Below, piece after piece: positions 26,001 through 39,700 of a stretch of 64,000 nucleotides of DNA. Made by a program: the position numbers and the translations under genes. Source of the DNA: Octopus sinensis (Eukaryota); assembly GCF_006345805.1 (NCBI RefSeq), contig NC_043011.1, forward strand, positions 52,402,464 through 52,466,463, written 5' to 3'. Each line of letters begins with the position of its first letter. The stretch's first letter is position 1. The notes beneath the pieces are model-generated. The model searched no databases and was not told the DNA's origin. It saw nothing but the letters and a program-made list of their open reading frames with translations.

Positions 26001-29000
26001 TTAACATTCAGAGTTCAAATTCTGCTGAGGTTGACTTTGTTTTTCATTGCTTTTGGAGGTCAATAAAGTAGGTACCTGTTGAACATAAGTCAATGTAATC
26101 AACTTAATCCTTCCCTCCAAATTACTGGCCTTGTGCCAAAATTTGAAGCCAAATGAGTGTCACTGTTTTGCAAGCAGTGTCATTTATTTTCAGCATTCTG
26201 TGAAAACATGTTTGGGCATGGGGAGATATTATCCTGCCTGGGAACAGGTTAGGCTCAGTGACGGAAAGGGCATCTGGCCATAGAAGGTCTACTTCAATAA
26301 ACCTCTTCCAAGCATGGAAAAGTAGACATTAACCCTTTAGAATTCAGATTACTCTTCAAATTTGATGCTTATTTATTTATATTATTTTCAATTATTCATG
26401 CATTATCTTATAGCTTTGAGATTTTGATGATGTCATTGTTTATTTTTAGAATGACATTATAGGGTAGATGGCAGAGGCCAGATCTGGGCAGTTTGAACAT
26501 AAAACAGGTGAAATATTTTGGCCAGACATAGCTAGTTTGAATGCTAAAGAGTTAAATGATGAGGATGATGATGATGATATATAATGAATATGTCAGCAAG
26601 CTGGTAGAATCGTTAGCATGCCAGGCAAAATGTGTAGCCGTATTTCGTCTGCCGTTACGTTCCGAGTTCAAATTCTGCCGAGGTCGACTTTGCCTTTCAT
26701 CCTTTCGGGGTCAATAAATTAAGTACCAGTTACGCACTGGGTCGATATAATCGACTTAATCCGTTTGTCTGTCCTTGTTTGTCCTCTCTGTGTTTAGCCC
26801 CTTGTGGGTAGTAAAGAAATAGATATATAATGAATGTATTTGAATATTTTGTATTGTTTCAGTCAGTTACATAACAGCAACATGGAACTACAGTGGCAAG
26901 TGATCTGGTGTTTGGTCAATCTTAGTGAGGATGCTAATGCTAGACATGAAATCAAACAAATGGGAGGAATACCACTCCTGCTCTCACTTCTGCAGTAAGT
27001 TTCTGGAACTTTCTACCGTCTTAATAGATTTATACTTTTCTAAATTATATTTGTCCCTGGGTTTACATTGTTGATCGTTTCGCTTTGCAAATCAAAATAT
27101 TGTAAATCAGTGGCAGTCTGCTTCAATGATAATATTGATTGTAAATTATAGAAAAACAATACACTTGCACAAGAAAAATTTAAGCAATCATTTCCTGAAA
27201 CTGAGATAAAAATATGATTATTGTGTGTGTGTGTATGTGTATATATATATATATACATACACACACATCATCATCATCATTGTTCGACCGTGGTCGAGAC
27301 AATGGAATTTACCATGCTACGCCAGACTTCACAGTCCATCATAGCATTACGGAGGTCCTGTTGCTGGATGCCTGTATCCCTGGAGATTACATCAGGGTAG
27401 GAGAGTGTGCGCCCTCTGATATTGCGAGTAGATGGCTTCCAGAGGAGAAGAGTAGAAATTGCCTCGTTTTCAGCTCTACAACAATGTCCAGCAAACTGAA
27501 CTCTCCTACCTTTCACAAGAAATGACACAGGTGGTAGTTTCCCATATATTTGCATTTTGGTTGGATGACGCTTCCATGAGAGATTTTGAGCTCTCATAAG
27601 GAGGCGAGTGTAAGTTCCATCCAACTGCCTCTCAAGCTTCTTTGATAACGTCCAGGTTTCTGAGCCATATACACACACATATATATCTAATCATTAAAGT
27701 GGAAATTAATCATCAGAAAAGTCATTCTTAACTTCTGTGTGTGTGTGTGTATATCATCATCATCATCATCATCGTTTAACGTCCGTTTTCCATGCTAGCA
27801 TGTGTTGGACAGTTCGACCGACTCTGGGAAGCCAGGAGACTGCGCCAGGCTCCAGTCTGATCTGGCAGTGTTTCTACAGTTGGATGCCCTTCATAACACC
27901 AACCACACTGTGAGTGTAGTGGATACTTTTTATGTGCTACCGGTACAGGTGCCAGAGGAGGGTGGCAAACGTCGACAATCAGTTGGTGCTTTTTACATGT
28001 TACCAACATAGATGCCAGTCAGGCGGTGCTGGCATCAACCACATTCAGATGGTGCTTTCTATGTGCCACCAGTACGGGGTGTCATAACTACAATTTCCAT
28101 TTGATTTTTATTTTGATGTTGATATATATATATATATATATATGTACACACACATAGACACACATATATATGTACATTACAGGGAGAAGATTACAGAGAC
28201 ACCAAGTTTAGAAAATGGCACAACATCTGGGAAGGAAGCAGAGATTCAGGTGAGTAAATGGACTTTTTGGGGAGCCGTTTTATGTATATATGCAAAATCA
28301 AACTTCACATGATTCTGTAACGTGAAAGGATCTATCATCGAAGCACTGGCAGGGTGTCGAGATCCTTTCTAGTCACATACAAAAATTCTTGTAGAAAACA
28401 AACAGACGAAACTCAGGTTAAAGGTGAACAGACAACTTGGTTTATTGATTCATGGTTGTACGTTGTCTGATGGGGGAATAGACAGCCTCTGAGATACTGC
28501 TGGTGTTGGTCGTTGAGGTTGGTTGAAGTTGGTTGAAGCTGGTGTGTGGCTGTCAGAGCCAGGAAAACCGTGACCGATCGCAGTGCTGTCTTGAGCCGAA
28601 GAGAGAGATTTGAGGTTCGCGGGCTCGAGAGATGTTTTCCCGCACATGCGCATGGGGAAGACTTCCGGTGGCCACCCGGAAGTAGTCCCATTCTGCGCAT
28701 GCGCGCCGAACCCTACACAGTAGCATCACTACAGGGCTCCCCTCCGAGTGCGAAGTACGGCAACCAGAATATTGTGGTGGTGCTGCAGAAAACAGAAGGC
28801 TTGCCGATCCCCCAGAAGACTTGGTACATACTATTATACAATAAGAAACATTTTAAAGAAAGTTAAATGTAAATTGTTTTTGAAAGTTCTTGGGCCAATG
28901 CACTGTTCTGCCCGATTTTGTAACATACGGTGTGCTCGGGGCACCCGTTGACGGCGAGGGTGGTGTTGTAGGAGCCGGTGAAGGTGATTGTAGGTGAAGG

Positions 29001-32000
29001 CGTTTGTGCAGGTGAAGGCGTTTGTGCAGGTGAGCGTTTGTGCAGGTGAAGGCGTTTGTGCAGGTGAAAGTGTTGTAAAGGTGCATAGGTGGGTGTGTCA
29101 AGGTTGTCATCAAAAGATGAAGACGTCTCAAAATGTGCCTTTTTTAAACGGTCCACGGAAACGGTCTCCGAACGACCATTTATCTCAATCGTGAAAACCT
29201 TTGGTGTGCGAGAAAGCACACGAAAAGGTCCTTTATAGGGAGAAACAAGTGGGCCCTTCACAGAATCGTCCCGAACAAAAACATGCGACCAGGTGTTCAT
29301 ATCCGGTGGAAGATGGGACGGTGGAGATTGCTTTCTGGGAAGCATGGGCGGAAGGTTTGAAAAATATTCCCGCAGTCTGGTGACATAGGTCGCCGGATCA
29401 TGGGGCGGGGAAGTGTCTGGCACCAACATCGTACCGGGCAATGCCAGTGTGGTACCATACAGCAGCTCTGCAGCAGAAAACCCCAGGTCTGCCTTGACAG
29501 CAGTCCGACAGCCGAGAAGCACAATGGGCAGAAATTCGATCCAGGACTGTGGGTCCGAAGAGGCACGAAGAGCGGCCTTGAGCTGTCTATGGAACCGCTC
29601 AACCAATCCATTAGACGCTGGATGGTAGCTTGTGGTGTGGATATGGTGCATACCCAAAATTCGCGACAATTCGCGAAATAGCGAGGCCTCAAACTGTCGT
29701 CCACGATCAGTTGTCAATCGGGACGGGACTCCGAAGCGAGAAATCCAGTTTGAAACGAAAGCTCGCGCAACAGTCTCAGCAGAAATGTCTGCTATCGGAA
29801 TGGCTTCTGGCCAGCGGGAGAAACGATCGACACAAGTTAATAGATAAGAGAACCCGCGACTCACAGGCCATGGTCCAACCAGATCGATGTGGACATGGCG
29901 AAAACGGGCCTCCGTGGGGGGAAATTGTCCAAGCGGGGCACGAACGTGCCGTTGAATCTTGGATCGTTGACACTTGGAGCAGGTGCGTGTCCAAGAAGTA
30001 ATTGTGCGACGCATATTCGGCCAGAAAAACCGAGCAGTGATTAGTTTGAGGGGGTGGCAGCGATGCCAGGATGTGATAAGGAGTGCAGTGCTTCAAACAC
30101 TGAGCGTTGATGGGTCTCAGGCACCAGTGGCCTGGGAGATCCAGTTGAAGTGTCACAAAGAATGGTGCCTTCGGCTGACGGAAGCGGAAGGTAGGAAAAC
30201 TGGCAACAGGAGAACTTGGGAGAAGTTAAATCTAACGACGCCAAAGGTGGCTGCTCCTGCGATATGGCAGCTAAGTCGATAGCAGCAGGGACGAAAGGGC
30301 GCAAACTGGAAGGCGAGAGAGAGCGTCAGCAGGAACGTTCTCTTTTCCAGGTATGTGTCGAATGTTGCTAGTAAATTGAGAGATAAAATCCAGGTGCCGA
30401 AAAGCACGGGGTGAGAGTTTGTCCGTTTTTGAAAACAGGGCAAACGTAAGGGGCTTGTGATCCGTATAGATCACAAAATCTCGCCCTTCAAGTTGATGCT
30501 GGAAATGACGAACCGATAGATAGATCGCTAGGAGCTCACGATCAAAGGTGCTGTATCGTCGTTCAGCTGGTTGCAGTTGACGGGAAAAGAAGGCCAGAGG
30601 TCGAACATGGTCATCACTGTGTGTTGTAACACAGCGCCAATCGCAGTGTCCGATGCGTCCACAGTCAAAGAGAGAGAAGCACCAGGAACTGGATGTGCAA
30701 GCAAAGAAACAGACGCCAGCTCCTTCTTAATGGACTCAAAGGCTGTCACTGCCTCAACAGAGAGGGTGACTTGACTGTCCTTTCTAGGAGAGTCCTTTAA
30801 CAGCCTGGTGAGAGGTAGCAGCTTATCTGCACAACCGGGAATGAAGCGTCGGTAGAAATTGACCATCCCTAGATAATGCCTGAGCTGGCGCAAGGAAGTG
30901 GGGGGTGCGATGCGTTGAATGGCATCGACTTTTGACGAGAGGGGGCTGATTCCCGTCGAATCAATATGATGCCCTAGAAAATCTAGGGAAGAGCGTCCGA
31001 AAACACACTTGTCGGGGTTTATGCGTATGCTATACGCGCGAAGACGCTGGAAGAGTTGAGAAAGGTGCCGGAGATGATTTTCTCGTGTGTCGCTCGCAAT
31101 GAGTATGTCATCGACATAGGCAAACACAAAATCAAGACCGCGGACAACCTCATCAATGAAACGCTGGAAGGTGCTAGTAGCATTCCGCAAACCGAAACTC
31201 ATGTACAAAAACTCAAAACACCCAAACGGGGTAGTGATTGCAGTTTTTGGAACGTCGGCTGGGTTGACCGGTATTTGGTGGTAAGCGCGTATCAGATCGA
31301 CCTTCGAAAAAATGGTACAACCATGGAGATTTGCTGTAAAGTCCCGGAGATTCTAATCGGATAGCGATCGGCTATTGTGACGGCATTGAGGCGTCGATAG
31401 TCTCCAACCGGGCGAAAATCAGACTCGCCCTTTCGCGCCAAATGAAGGGGAGATGCCCATGGGCTGGTGGAGGGGCGTATAAGGCCAAGTTGAAGCATGT
31501 GCTCAAACTCGGCTCTGGCCGTTTTAAGTCGGTCTGGCGCTAGGCGCCGGGGGCGTGAGAATACAGGTGGCCCATTGGTGGTGATGAAATGGAGGGTCGA
31601 GTGGGTGGGATTTTCCGGTTTAAAGGCAATGTCCACTAGCTCCGGAAATGAAACCAAAAGAGAGTGAAAAGGGTCTCCAGAGGTGGCAACAAAGAATGTC
31701 GGGCTAAGGACCGCAGTGGTGGAACTCCCAGTCGGTGTAGAGAGCGACGTCGTGCTATCAAGAAGCCTCCGACGCCTGACATCCACCAATAGGTTAAACC
31801 TATCCAGGAAATCAGCGCCGAGAATAGGATGCGGATGTCAGCGATGACGAAAACCCATCGAAAGTCTCGACGAAGGTTGAGGTTGAGGCGCAGCGAAATC
31901 TGACCGTAAGTGGTTATGGGAGACGAGTCAATAGCATGCAAGACAATCGAAGAGCGCTTGGGCTTGTCTGCAGCCAGACGAAGGGGCCAGATGCTGCAAC

Positions 32001-34237
32001 AGGAGCCGGTGTCTACCATGAAGAATTTCTCCGACACCAGATCTTTTACATAGAATGCACGATGTTTGGGAACGAGATGGAAGAAGGTGACGTGCTCACC
32101 TCCTCCGGATTTAGTTTTCCGAGGGCTTGAAAGTGCACGGCTGGGTACACCGATCTGCCTTTTCGGCATATCTCGAATGGTACCAGCACCAGCCGGAACG
32201 AGAAACAGGGTCACTCCGACTGCGGAAATAGAGCTACTGCGACTACGAGATTGGCGTCCGATCGCACGGCACAGATCATCGATCCTCCGCGTAAGCGCGT
32301 CGATGTTCTCGGCCAGTTTATCGTTCGTCGGAGGGTGGCGGGGGGGCTCTGTACATGCGTACAGGCCCCGCGAGGGAGATGGGCGCGAAAACTCCAACAC
32401 TTTGTCGGCCATCGTGGCGATCTGGTCCACAGACACAGCATCCAGTGCCGTGGCCAACATTGTCTGCACGTGGGCAGGCAGCCTTGAGAAAAATATCTTA
32501 CGTAAGAGCGGCGCGTCAGCGGCGTTGCCGCTTAGCTCTCTTAGATGGCGCAGAAATTGGGATGGAGTTCTGTCCCCTAACTGCTCGTCGGCCATCAGTT
32601 CATTAAACTGACTTTCTCTGAGCGCGTGGTGCGACGGAGGATCTCCGCCTTTACTGACGCATATGTGGCGTCAGGATGGGGACTCACAATGAGATCCCTG
32701 ACGATGTTGCGAGCCGGGGGCAAACTTGAAAACAGTAGATGTAACTGCTGTTGTGGCGGAATGGTATGCGCGGCAAAGTGTGATTCCACCTGTGCAAACC
32801 ACAGCCCCGCATCCCCCGTAAATGAAGGCAAACCTGAAGCCATGCCTTTGTCGGAAGGAGTCTGTGAGAAGGGGGCAGAAGGTATGGTCGAGAAAAAGGA
32901 GAGAGAGAACACGTGGAACCGAGAAGGCAATTCAAAATTGTGTTTGTGTGTGTGCACCTCGTGGGTAGCAAAAAAAAAAAGGAATAAGTGTGTACAAGGA
33001 AAACAAAATACAGAAAAGGAAAAAAATGAATGTGTGTGTGTTTTCTTTTTCTTCTTTTTTTTTTTGTACTGTGTGCGATGAATAAGGTTATTTGACCCAC
33101 CTCGCTGTGCTGAAAAGGAGAAAATAGGAAAATAAATATGAATTTCCGCGCTCTTCGGCCCCAAAAAAAACCTGTTCGCTGTGTCTTTTTCTATCCTGTT
33201 CTTTTTCTCAACTATGGGTCACCAATTGTAACGTGAAAGGATCTATCATCGAAGCACTGGCAGGGTGTCGAGATCCTTTCTAGTCACATACAAAAATTCT
33301 TGTAGAAAACAAACAGACGAAACTCAGGTTAAAGGTGAACAGACAACTTGGTTTATTGATTCATGGTTGTACGTTGTCTGATGGGGGAATAGACAGCCTC
33401 TGAGATACTGCTGGTGTTGGTCGTTGAGGTTGGTTGAAGTTGGTTGAAGCTGGTGTGTGGCTGTCAGAGCCAGGAAAACCGTGACCGATCGCAGTGCTGT
33501 CTTGAGCCGAAGAGAGAGATTTGAGGTTCGCGGGCTCGAGAGATGTTTTCCCGCACATGCGCATGGGGAAGACTTCCGGTGGCCACCCGGAAGTAGTCCC
33601 ATTCTGCGCATGCGCGCCGAACCCTACACAGTAGCATCACTACAATTCAAACTCAGAACATGAACAGATTTCACTAAATACCACAAGGTATTGTCAATCA
33701 TATTGACTCCATAAAACATAAAAGTTTGTAATTACCATCATTAAAATATTGGAATCTTTTTCTTTCATAATCATTTTAATTATTTTTTTTTTATTCTGCA
33801 TCTACAGGACTTAAATACATTTGAATTGAGCTGTTCACTAAAATCAGGTATTTTTTCACTAATTTCTTTATCATTGACATATTTCTCTTAGAGGTCAATT
33901 AATGAAAAGAACTGAGTTTTGATGCCTTGGTTCTCTGATACAAACATTGTTTAAAGTAATTTAAATTGAACCTCCCATCAAAATTTCATGTTAATTTAAG
34001 TTCTAAACACCAGTTTAGAAATGATAATTCTTCTAAATTCTTCATTATTTTCAAGAATTATTGAAAGAAAGGCAATGTATTTCAATTAAAATATGGTAAT
34101 GAAAGAGTTAAAGTGATCTAAATTAAAACTTCCCATTATTTCATTTTCCAGACACCAGATTAATAATGGTGAAGCTATTTTATAAAATACTTCATTATTG
34201 TGCCTGTAGAAGAAAGGATTATTATTATTATTATTAT

Positions 34238-34270
<33 letters not shown>

Positions 34271-35505
34271 CACTGCTGCTGCTGCTGCTGCTACTACTAC
34301 TACTACTACTACTACTACAACAACAACAGTGAGCTGGTAGAATTGTTAGCATTGTAGGCAAAATGCCTAGTGGTATTTCAACTGCCGCTACATTCTGAGT
34401 TCAAATTCTGCCAAAGTCGACTTTGCCTTTCATTCTTTCAGGGCCAATGAAATAATGTATCAGTCAAGAACTGGAGTTGATGTAATCAAATAAATTTCCT
34501 CCCCCAAAATGTCAGGTCGTGTACTTAAATTGGAAGTAATCATTGTTACGCTTACTTTGTTGTACACCTAATTTTAAAATATCATTCAACTGTTATGCAA
34601 CTGCTTCTTGTATTTGCAGCCTGTTGCGCAGCTCTGACAGAGTTGGTGCTTGATGATACCAATGCGCATCAGATAGTATTGGCCAATGGAATCTACATAT
34701 TGGGTCAGCTGATCTTGCCTCGGCCAATGAATGATAGAAGGAAGGACTTGGCTATTGGTATACTACAGGTTTGTGGTTGTACTCTCCTTCTCTCCTTTCT
34801 CCTCCCTCTCTCTTTCATAACTTCTTTGACTTCTTTTGTCCTGTTGATATTTGATAAAGTTCTATGTCCTTTGGAGTTTTGCACTAGATTGGGTTTGGGA
34901 TTATCATAACATTCTTCTCTGTCTGTAGAGCATTAAAAGTTAATTTGAAACCCTCAAATTTATTGGTTTTACCAATAAATTTGAGAGTCTCGAATTAACT
35001 TTTGGCAGTTTTTATAATGTTTTACTCTATTTAGGAGACTTTCCTTTGTACATCTTTACTCAAATTGACTCCCTAGAACACACACACAATGGGTTCGTTC
35101 AGTTTCCATCCACCAAATACACCCACAAAGCTTTGTTTGGCCTGAAGCTACTGAAGACAATCAAAATCATGTGCTTGAAAAGCAAAATACTTAACCACAC
35201 AGCCACACCTTGCTTGTATGTATATATATATATATATATATATATAGTCATCATCATTGTTTAACATCCATTTTCCATGCTGGCATGAGTTGGACAGTTT
35301 AACTGAGGTCTAACCTCAGTCTGACAATATTCTATAATCTGATCTGACAATGTTTCTGCAGCTGGATGCCCTTCCTAACATCAACCATTCCGACAGTGTA
35401 GTGGGTGCTTTTTACGTACCACCAGCACTGGAGCCAGTCAGGTGGTACTGGCATCCATCATGTTCGGATAGTGCTTTTTACGCGCCACTGGCACGGGAGC
35501 CAGTC

Positions 35506-35536
<31 letters not shown>

Positions 35537-36756
35537 TACACTCTGTGTTAAATTAAGAAACGGTGACTAGTGAAAATTCTGTAAATAGTAATTATAAGCT
35601 TTACGCTTATAAGTGTTCACTATATATATTGACAATAGGAAATGATCCAATATTGGGGCATATAAGCCCTCAATGTAAAAATGGGTGTTAGTACATGTGG
35701 GAATCAATCCATTTTTTTTTTCCATTGATGCTAGCCAAAGCTGAAGGGGGACAATCGTTTACCTTTGTGATGCTTTGGTGACCGCAAGATGGCAGCACAG
35801 CCAAAAATCTATGAACCATGGCAATGGGAGATAAGCACCTAGGGTTTTACCCTTAAAAACGAGGCTTTTCCCTACCTCCATTTTTTAAAGAGGTCTCGGG
35901 CCAGCAGTGTTTGGGGGCTGAAGATATGCTATAAGGCTAAACCCCTTATGAGCAAGAAACTCAGGGTAACCCCATAAACTTTAAGCTTATAAAATACTAT
36001 TATTATTATTTACAGAATATATATATATACATATATATACATACATATATACACACGATGGGCTTCTTTCAGTTTCCGTCTACCAAATCCACTCACAAGG
36101 CTTTGGTCAGCCCGAGGCTACAGTAGAAGACATTTGCCCTAGGTGCCATGCTGTGGGACTGAACCCAGAAACATGTGGTTGGGAAGCAACCTTTTTACCA
36201 CACAGCCATGCCTGATAAACAGACAGACAGACACATACAGTTTAATTTCAGGTCAGCTTTAACCTTTGAACTCTCAGATAATATTTGACTTTTCAGAAAA
36301 ATTCCTTTCGTACTCTACGCTTCCTCTTCAGTGTGGAGAGGAACCGACGTCTGTTTAAGCGCTTGTTACCTGCAGAGCTCTACGAGATGTTTATTGATGT
36401 TGGTCACTACAATAAGAAACTGGACAACTATGAGTTCCTTGGAAAGAAGATAAACAACCTACCTGTAAGTTAATTTCACTTTACTCCTTGCTTTAGTAGT
36501 AGTAGTAGTTACTGCTATTGTTGTTCTTGTTACTGCTCTTTACTCTTTTACTTGTTTCAGTCATTTGACTGCGGCCATGCTGGAGCACCGCCTTTAATCG
36601 ATCAACTCGACCCCGGGACTTATTCTTTTGTAAGCCCAGTACTTATTCTATCGGTCTCTTTTGCCGAACCGCTAAGTAACGGAGACATAAACACACCAGC
36701 ATCGGTTGTCAAGCAATGCTAGGGGGACAAACACAGACACACAAACACACACACGC

Positions 36757-36787
<31 letters not shown>

Positions 36788-39700
36788 TACGACGGGCTTC
36801 TTTCAGTTTCCGTCTACCAAATCCGTCTACTCACAAGGCTTTGGTCGGCCCGAGGCTATAGTAGAAGACACTTGCCCAAGGTGCCGCACAGTGGGACTGA
36901 ACCCGGGACCATGTGGTTGGTAAACAAGCTACTTACCACACAGCCACTGCTGTTGTTTTTGTTGATATTTTTGTTGTTATTGTTGTTGATGTTGTTCCTG
37001 CTGTTGCTGCACACACACACACACAAACACACATGCACATATCTCTCTATATATAAACGGCAGTTTGTCTGTCTGTATGTCTGTGTGTCTGTCAGGTTGT
37101 ACCCTCACCCTGACCACGGCTTTCAACCGATTCTGATGAAACTTGACACACACATAGCCCAATGTCATAATTCAAAACTAACGCAGTGAAAATTTTGAAA
37201 AGTTCCTCCAGTTCTGAAAAAAATCGATAAATTCAACATTGGTTCGAGAATCTAAGCTTTTTATATGCAACACATTTTCTCTCTAGGGAACACAACTCGA
37301 CCATTTTATTGCCCAAAGGGACAGCTAGGAATATCGTATACACAGAAGTATTCGAGTGAAGAGAAGACATTGCAACCTACACATGCACCTTCGTTCCTTA
37401 GAGGGAAAGGACTAGATTGGGATTAGTCGTTGCCTACTAGGGGCTCTTACATACCCGGGCAACGCTGGGCTATGCTGCTAGTACATATATATCCTTCTTA
37501 TAATATGTTCTCAACTGCTGTTAATATCTGTACTGCATAGATTATTTCTGTTGTGTTTTCCAGCCTGAAACCATTGCGGACATCAAGACCAACTTACAAG
37601 AAACTGACCAGAACAAAAAACCCAACTACTACATTGGGGATTATGCTGTGTTTGAACTCCTGGGCAGTGGTGGTTTTGGTTCAGTATATAAGGTGAAAAA
37701 AACCACTGGTCAGTCGTTTTTGGCCCTGAAAGAAGTGAGTGTAATCTCTCTAGCTCGCTCTCACACACACACACACACACACTCTCTCTCTCTCTTTCTC
37801 TCTCACACTGTCTCTTCCTTTTACTCTCTCTCACTCTTGTTGTCTCTCTTTATCTCTCTTTGTCTCTCTCTCTCTTTCTTTCTCTGTCTCTTGCTCCTCA
37901 TTCTTTTAATCTTTCTCTTTTTGCTCTCGCTCTCTCTCTCTCTCTGTTTTTCTCTCTCACATTGTCTTTCTTTTGCTCTCTCTCACTCTTGTCTCTTTTT
38001 GTCTCTCTTGCTCTCTCTCTCTTTCTCTCTTTCTCTCTGTCTCTTGCTCCTCACTCTTTTGATCTTTCTCTTTTTGCTCTCTCTCTCTCTCTCTCTCATG
38101 CTCACACATGCACGCGCTGCACAGAGAACCAGCGCAAAAACTGCAAAACATTCCATATGATGCTCTAAATGCGTCAATGTAATTATTAGCTGTGTAAATA
38201 TAATTAGTACATGGGTAAATATAATTATCATATATGCCAAAAAAAATTAGTAGATATGTAAATCTATTTAGTATATATGTAATTATAATTAGTAGTTATT
38301 GTACAGTTATGAAAATAAGCTTAGTTGAAATTGGTAAAGTGTGGTATCAGTGCAGTATGCATTAATCCTTTAGTGTTCAGATTACTCTATTAAATGTAAT
38401 ACTTTTTCACTCAAATTGTTTTGAATTAATCATGCATTATCTTATAGCTTTGAGGTTTCAATGACGTGATTGTTTATTTTTAGAATATCAATGTAGGTTA
38501 GGTGTGAGAGGCTAGATATCACCAGTTTGAGTATAAAACATTTAGAATATCTGGGCCAGATATGGTCGGTTTAAACACTAAAGGGTTAGATGAGATATAC
38601 TTACTCTATTCATAGATATAGATGATAAATCATTTTAATGGTATTTCTCCAAGTAAATACAGTTATAAATGGTATGTGATATTATCATCATCATTATTAT
38701 TATCATTTTTATTCTTTAGCATTCAGATTACTCTGTTAAATGTGATGTTTATCTGTTCATATTGTTTTGAATTAGTCATGCATTTTCTTATAGCTTAGAG
38801 ATTTCGATGAAGTGATTGTTATTTTTTACAGCTGCTTCAGAGATTCAGTGACAAATAGATGTGGCAATGTGCATTGAATATACATATATATGTACTAAAT
38901 TGGTGTTAACAAATAGATATGAAATAACGCAATTTAAACTATAATTGTGATGTCACCTATCCCATATTTAGAAGGAATTCTATGCTTGTTAACATATTCT
39001 TACTAGTGGTATGTATGGTGGCGAGCTGGCAGAAACGTTAGCACACCAGGCGAAATCCTTAGCAGTATTTCGTCTGCCACTACGTTCTGAGTTCAAATTC
39101 CGCCGAGGTCAACTTTGCCTTTCATCCTTTCGGGGTTCATAAATTAAGTACCAGTTACGCACTGGAGTCGATATAATCGACTTAATCCGTTTGTCTGTCC
39201 TTGTTTGTCCCCTCTTTAGCCCCTTGTGGGTAATAGAGAAATAGGTATGTATGTGTGTGTGTACATAAATACATACATACATACAAATCTGTATAATGTA
39301 GGTAGTTAGGGTAAAACCTGGCTGTTTCCTCTTGAAACACATCTGCTTATTCTGTTATTACAATCAATATGTATCCATAGTTGCTCTTGTATGTTAGTCA
39401 AAATACATTTTAAAATTGGGAATTATGGAAAACAGGAAAGTGGAATTAATACCGTAAATGTCCACTTTCTTGTTTTGTTATATATGTATATAAACATTTA
39501 TATGTGTATATATATATATATATGTGTGTGTGTGTATGCATGTATGTATGTATCTGTATATGTATATACAAATAAAAGCATGTTAATATTGGATTAAAAA
39601 CCTTCAGACAGACTTCAACTTTTCTAGCCAAAGAATTCTGAACTCAGTATTTACATGCTATTATTTATAGCTTTATTTTGACCAGAATTAGCAATTAATA

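Larger units (their letters stand above)
28316..33644 (-). mobile_element. Full-length Ty3/Gypsy LTR retrotransposon, CsRn1-clade-like, 5329 bp
   Basis: Two 418-bp LTRs (TGTA...TACA), ATTC duplicated at 28312-28315 and 33645-33648, PBS and PPT present, domain order gag-PR-RT-RH-IN. The CX2HX9CX3C Gag motif, Trp-type PBS and 4-bp TSD are CsRn1-clade traits. Confidence 0.95.

Noticed and set aside
33131-33136. Sense-strand AATAAA in the retrotransposon leader as a premature NEK10 poly(A) site
   Set aside because: AATAAA is frequent in this AT-rich DNA and no clear downstream element supports it.
28316-33644. LTR pair or the 18-bp repeat as a CRISPR-like array; many plus-strand ORFs in the element
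   Set aside because: There are no unique spacers or cas genes, and the extra ORFs are antisense shadows of GC-rich gag-pol.
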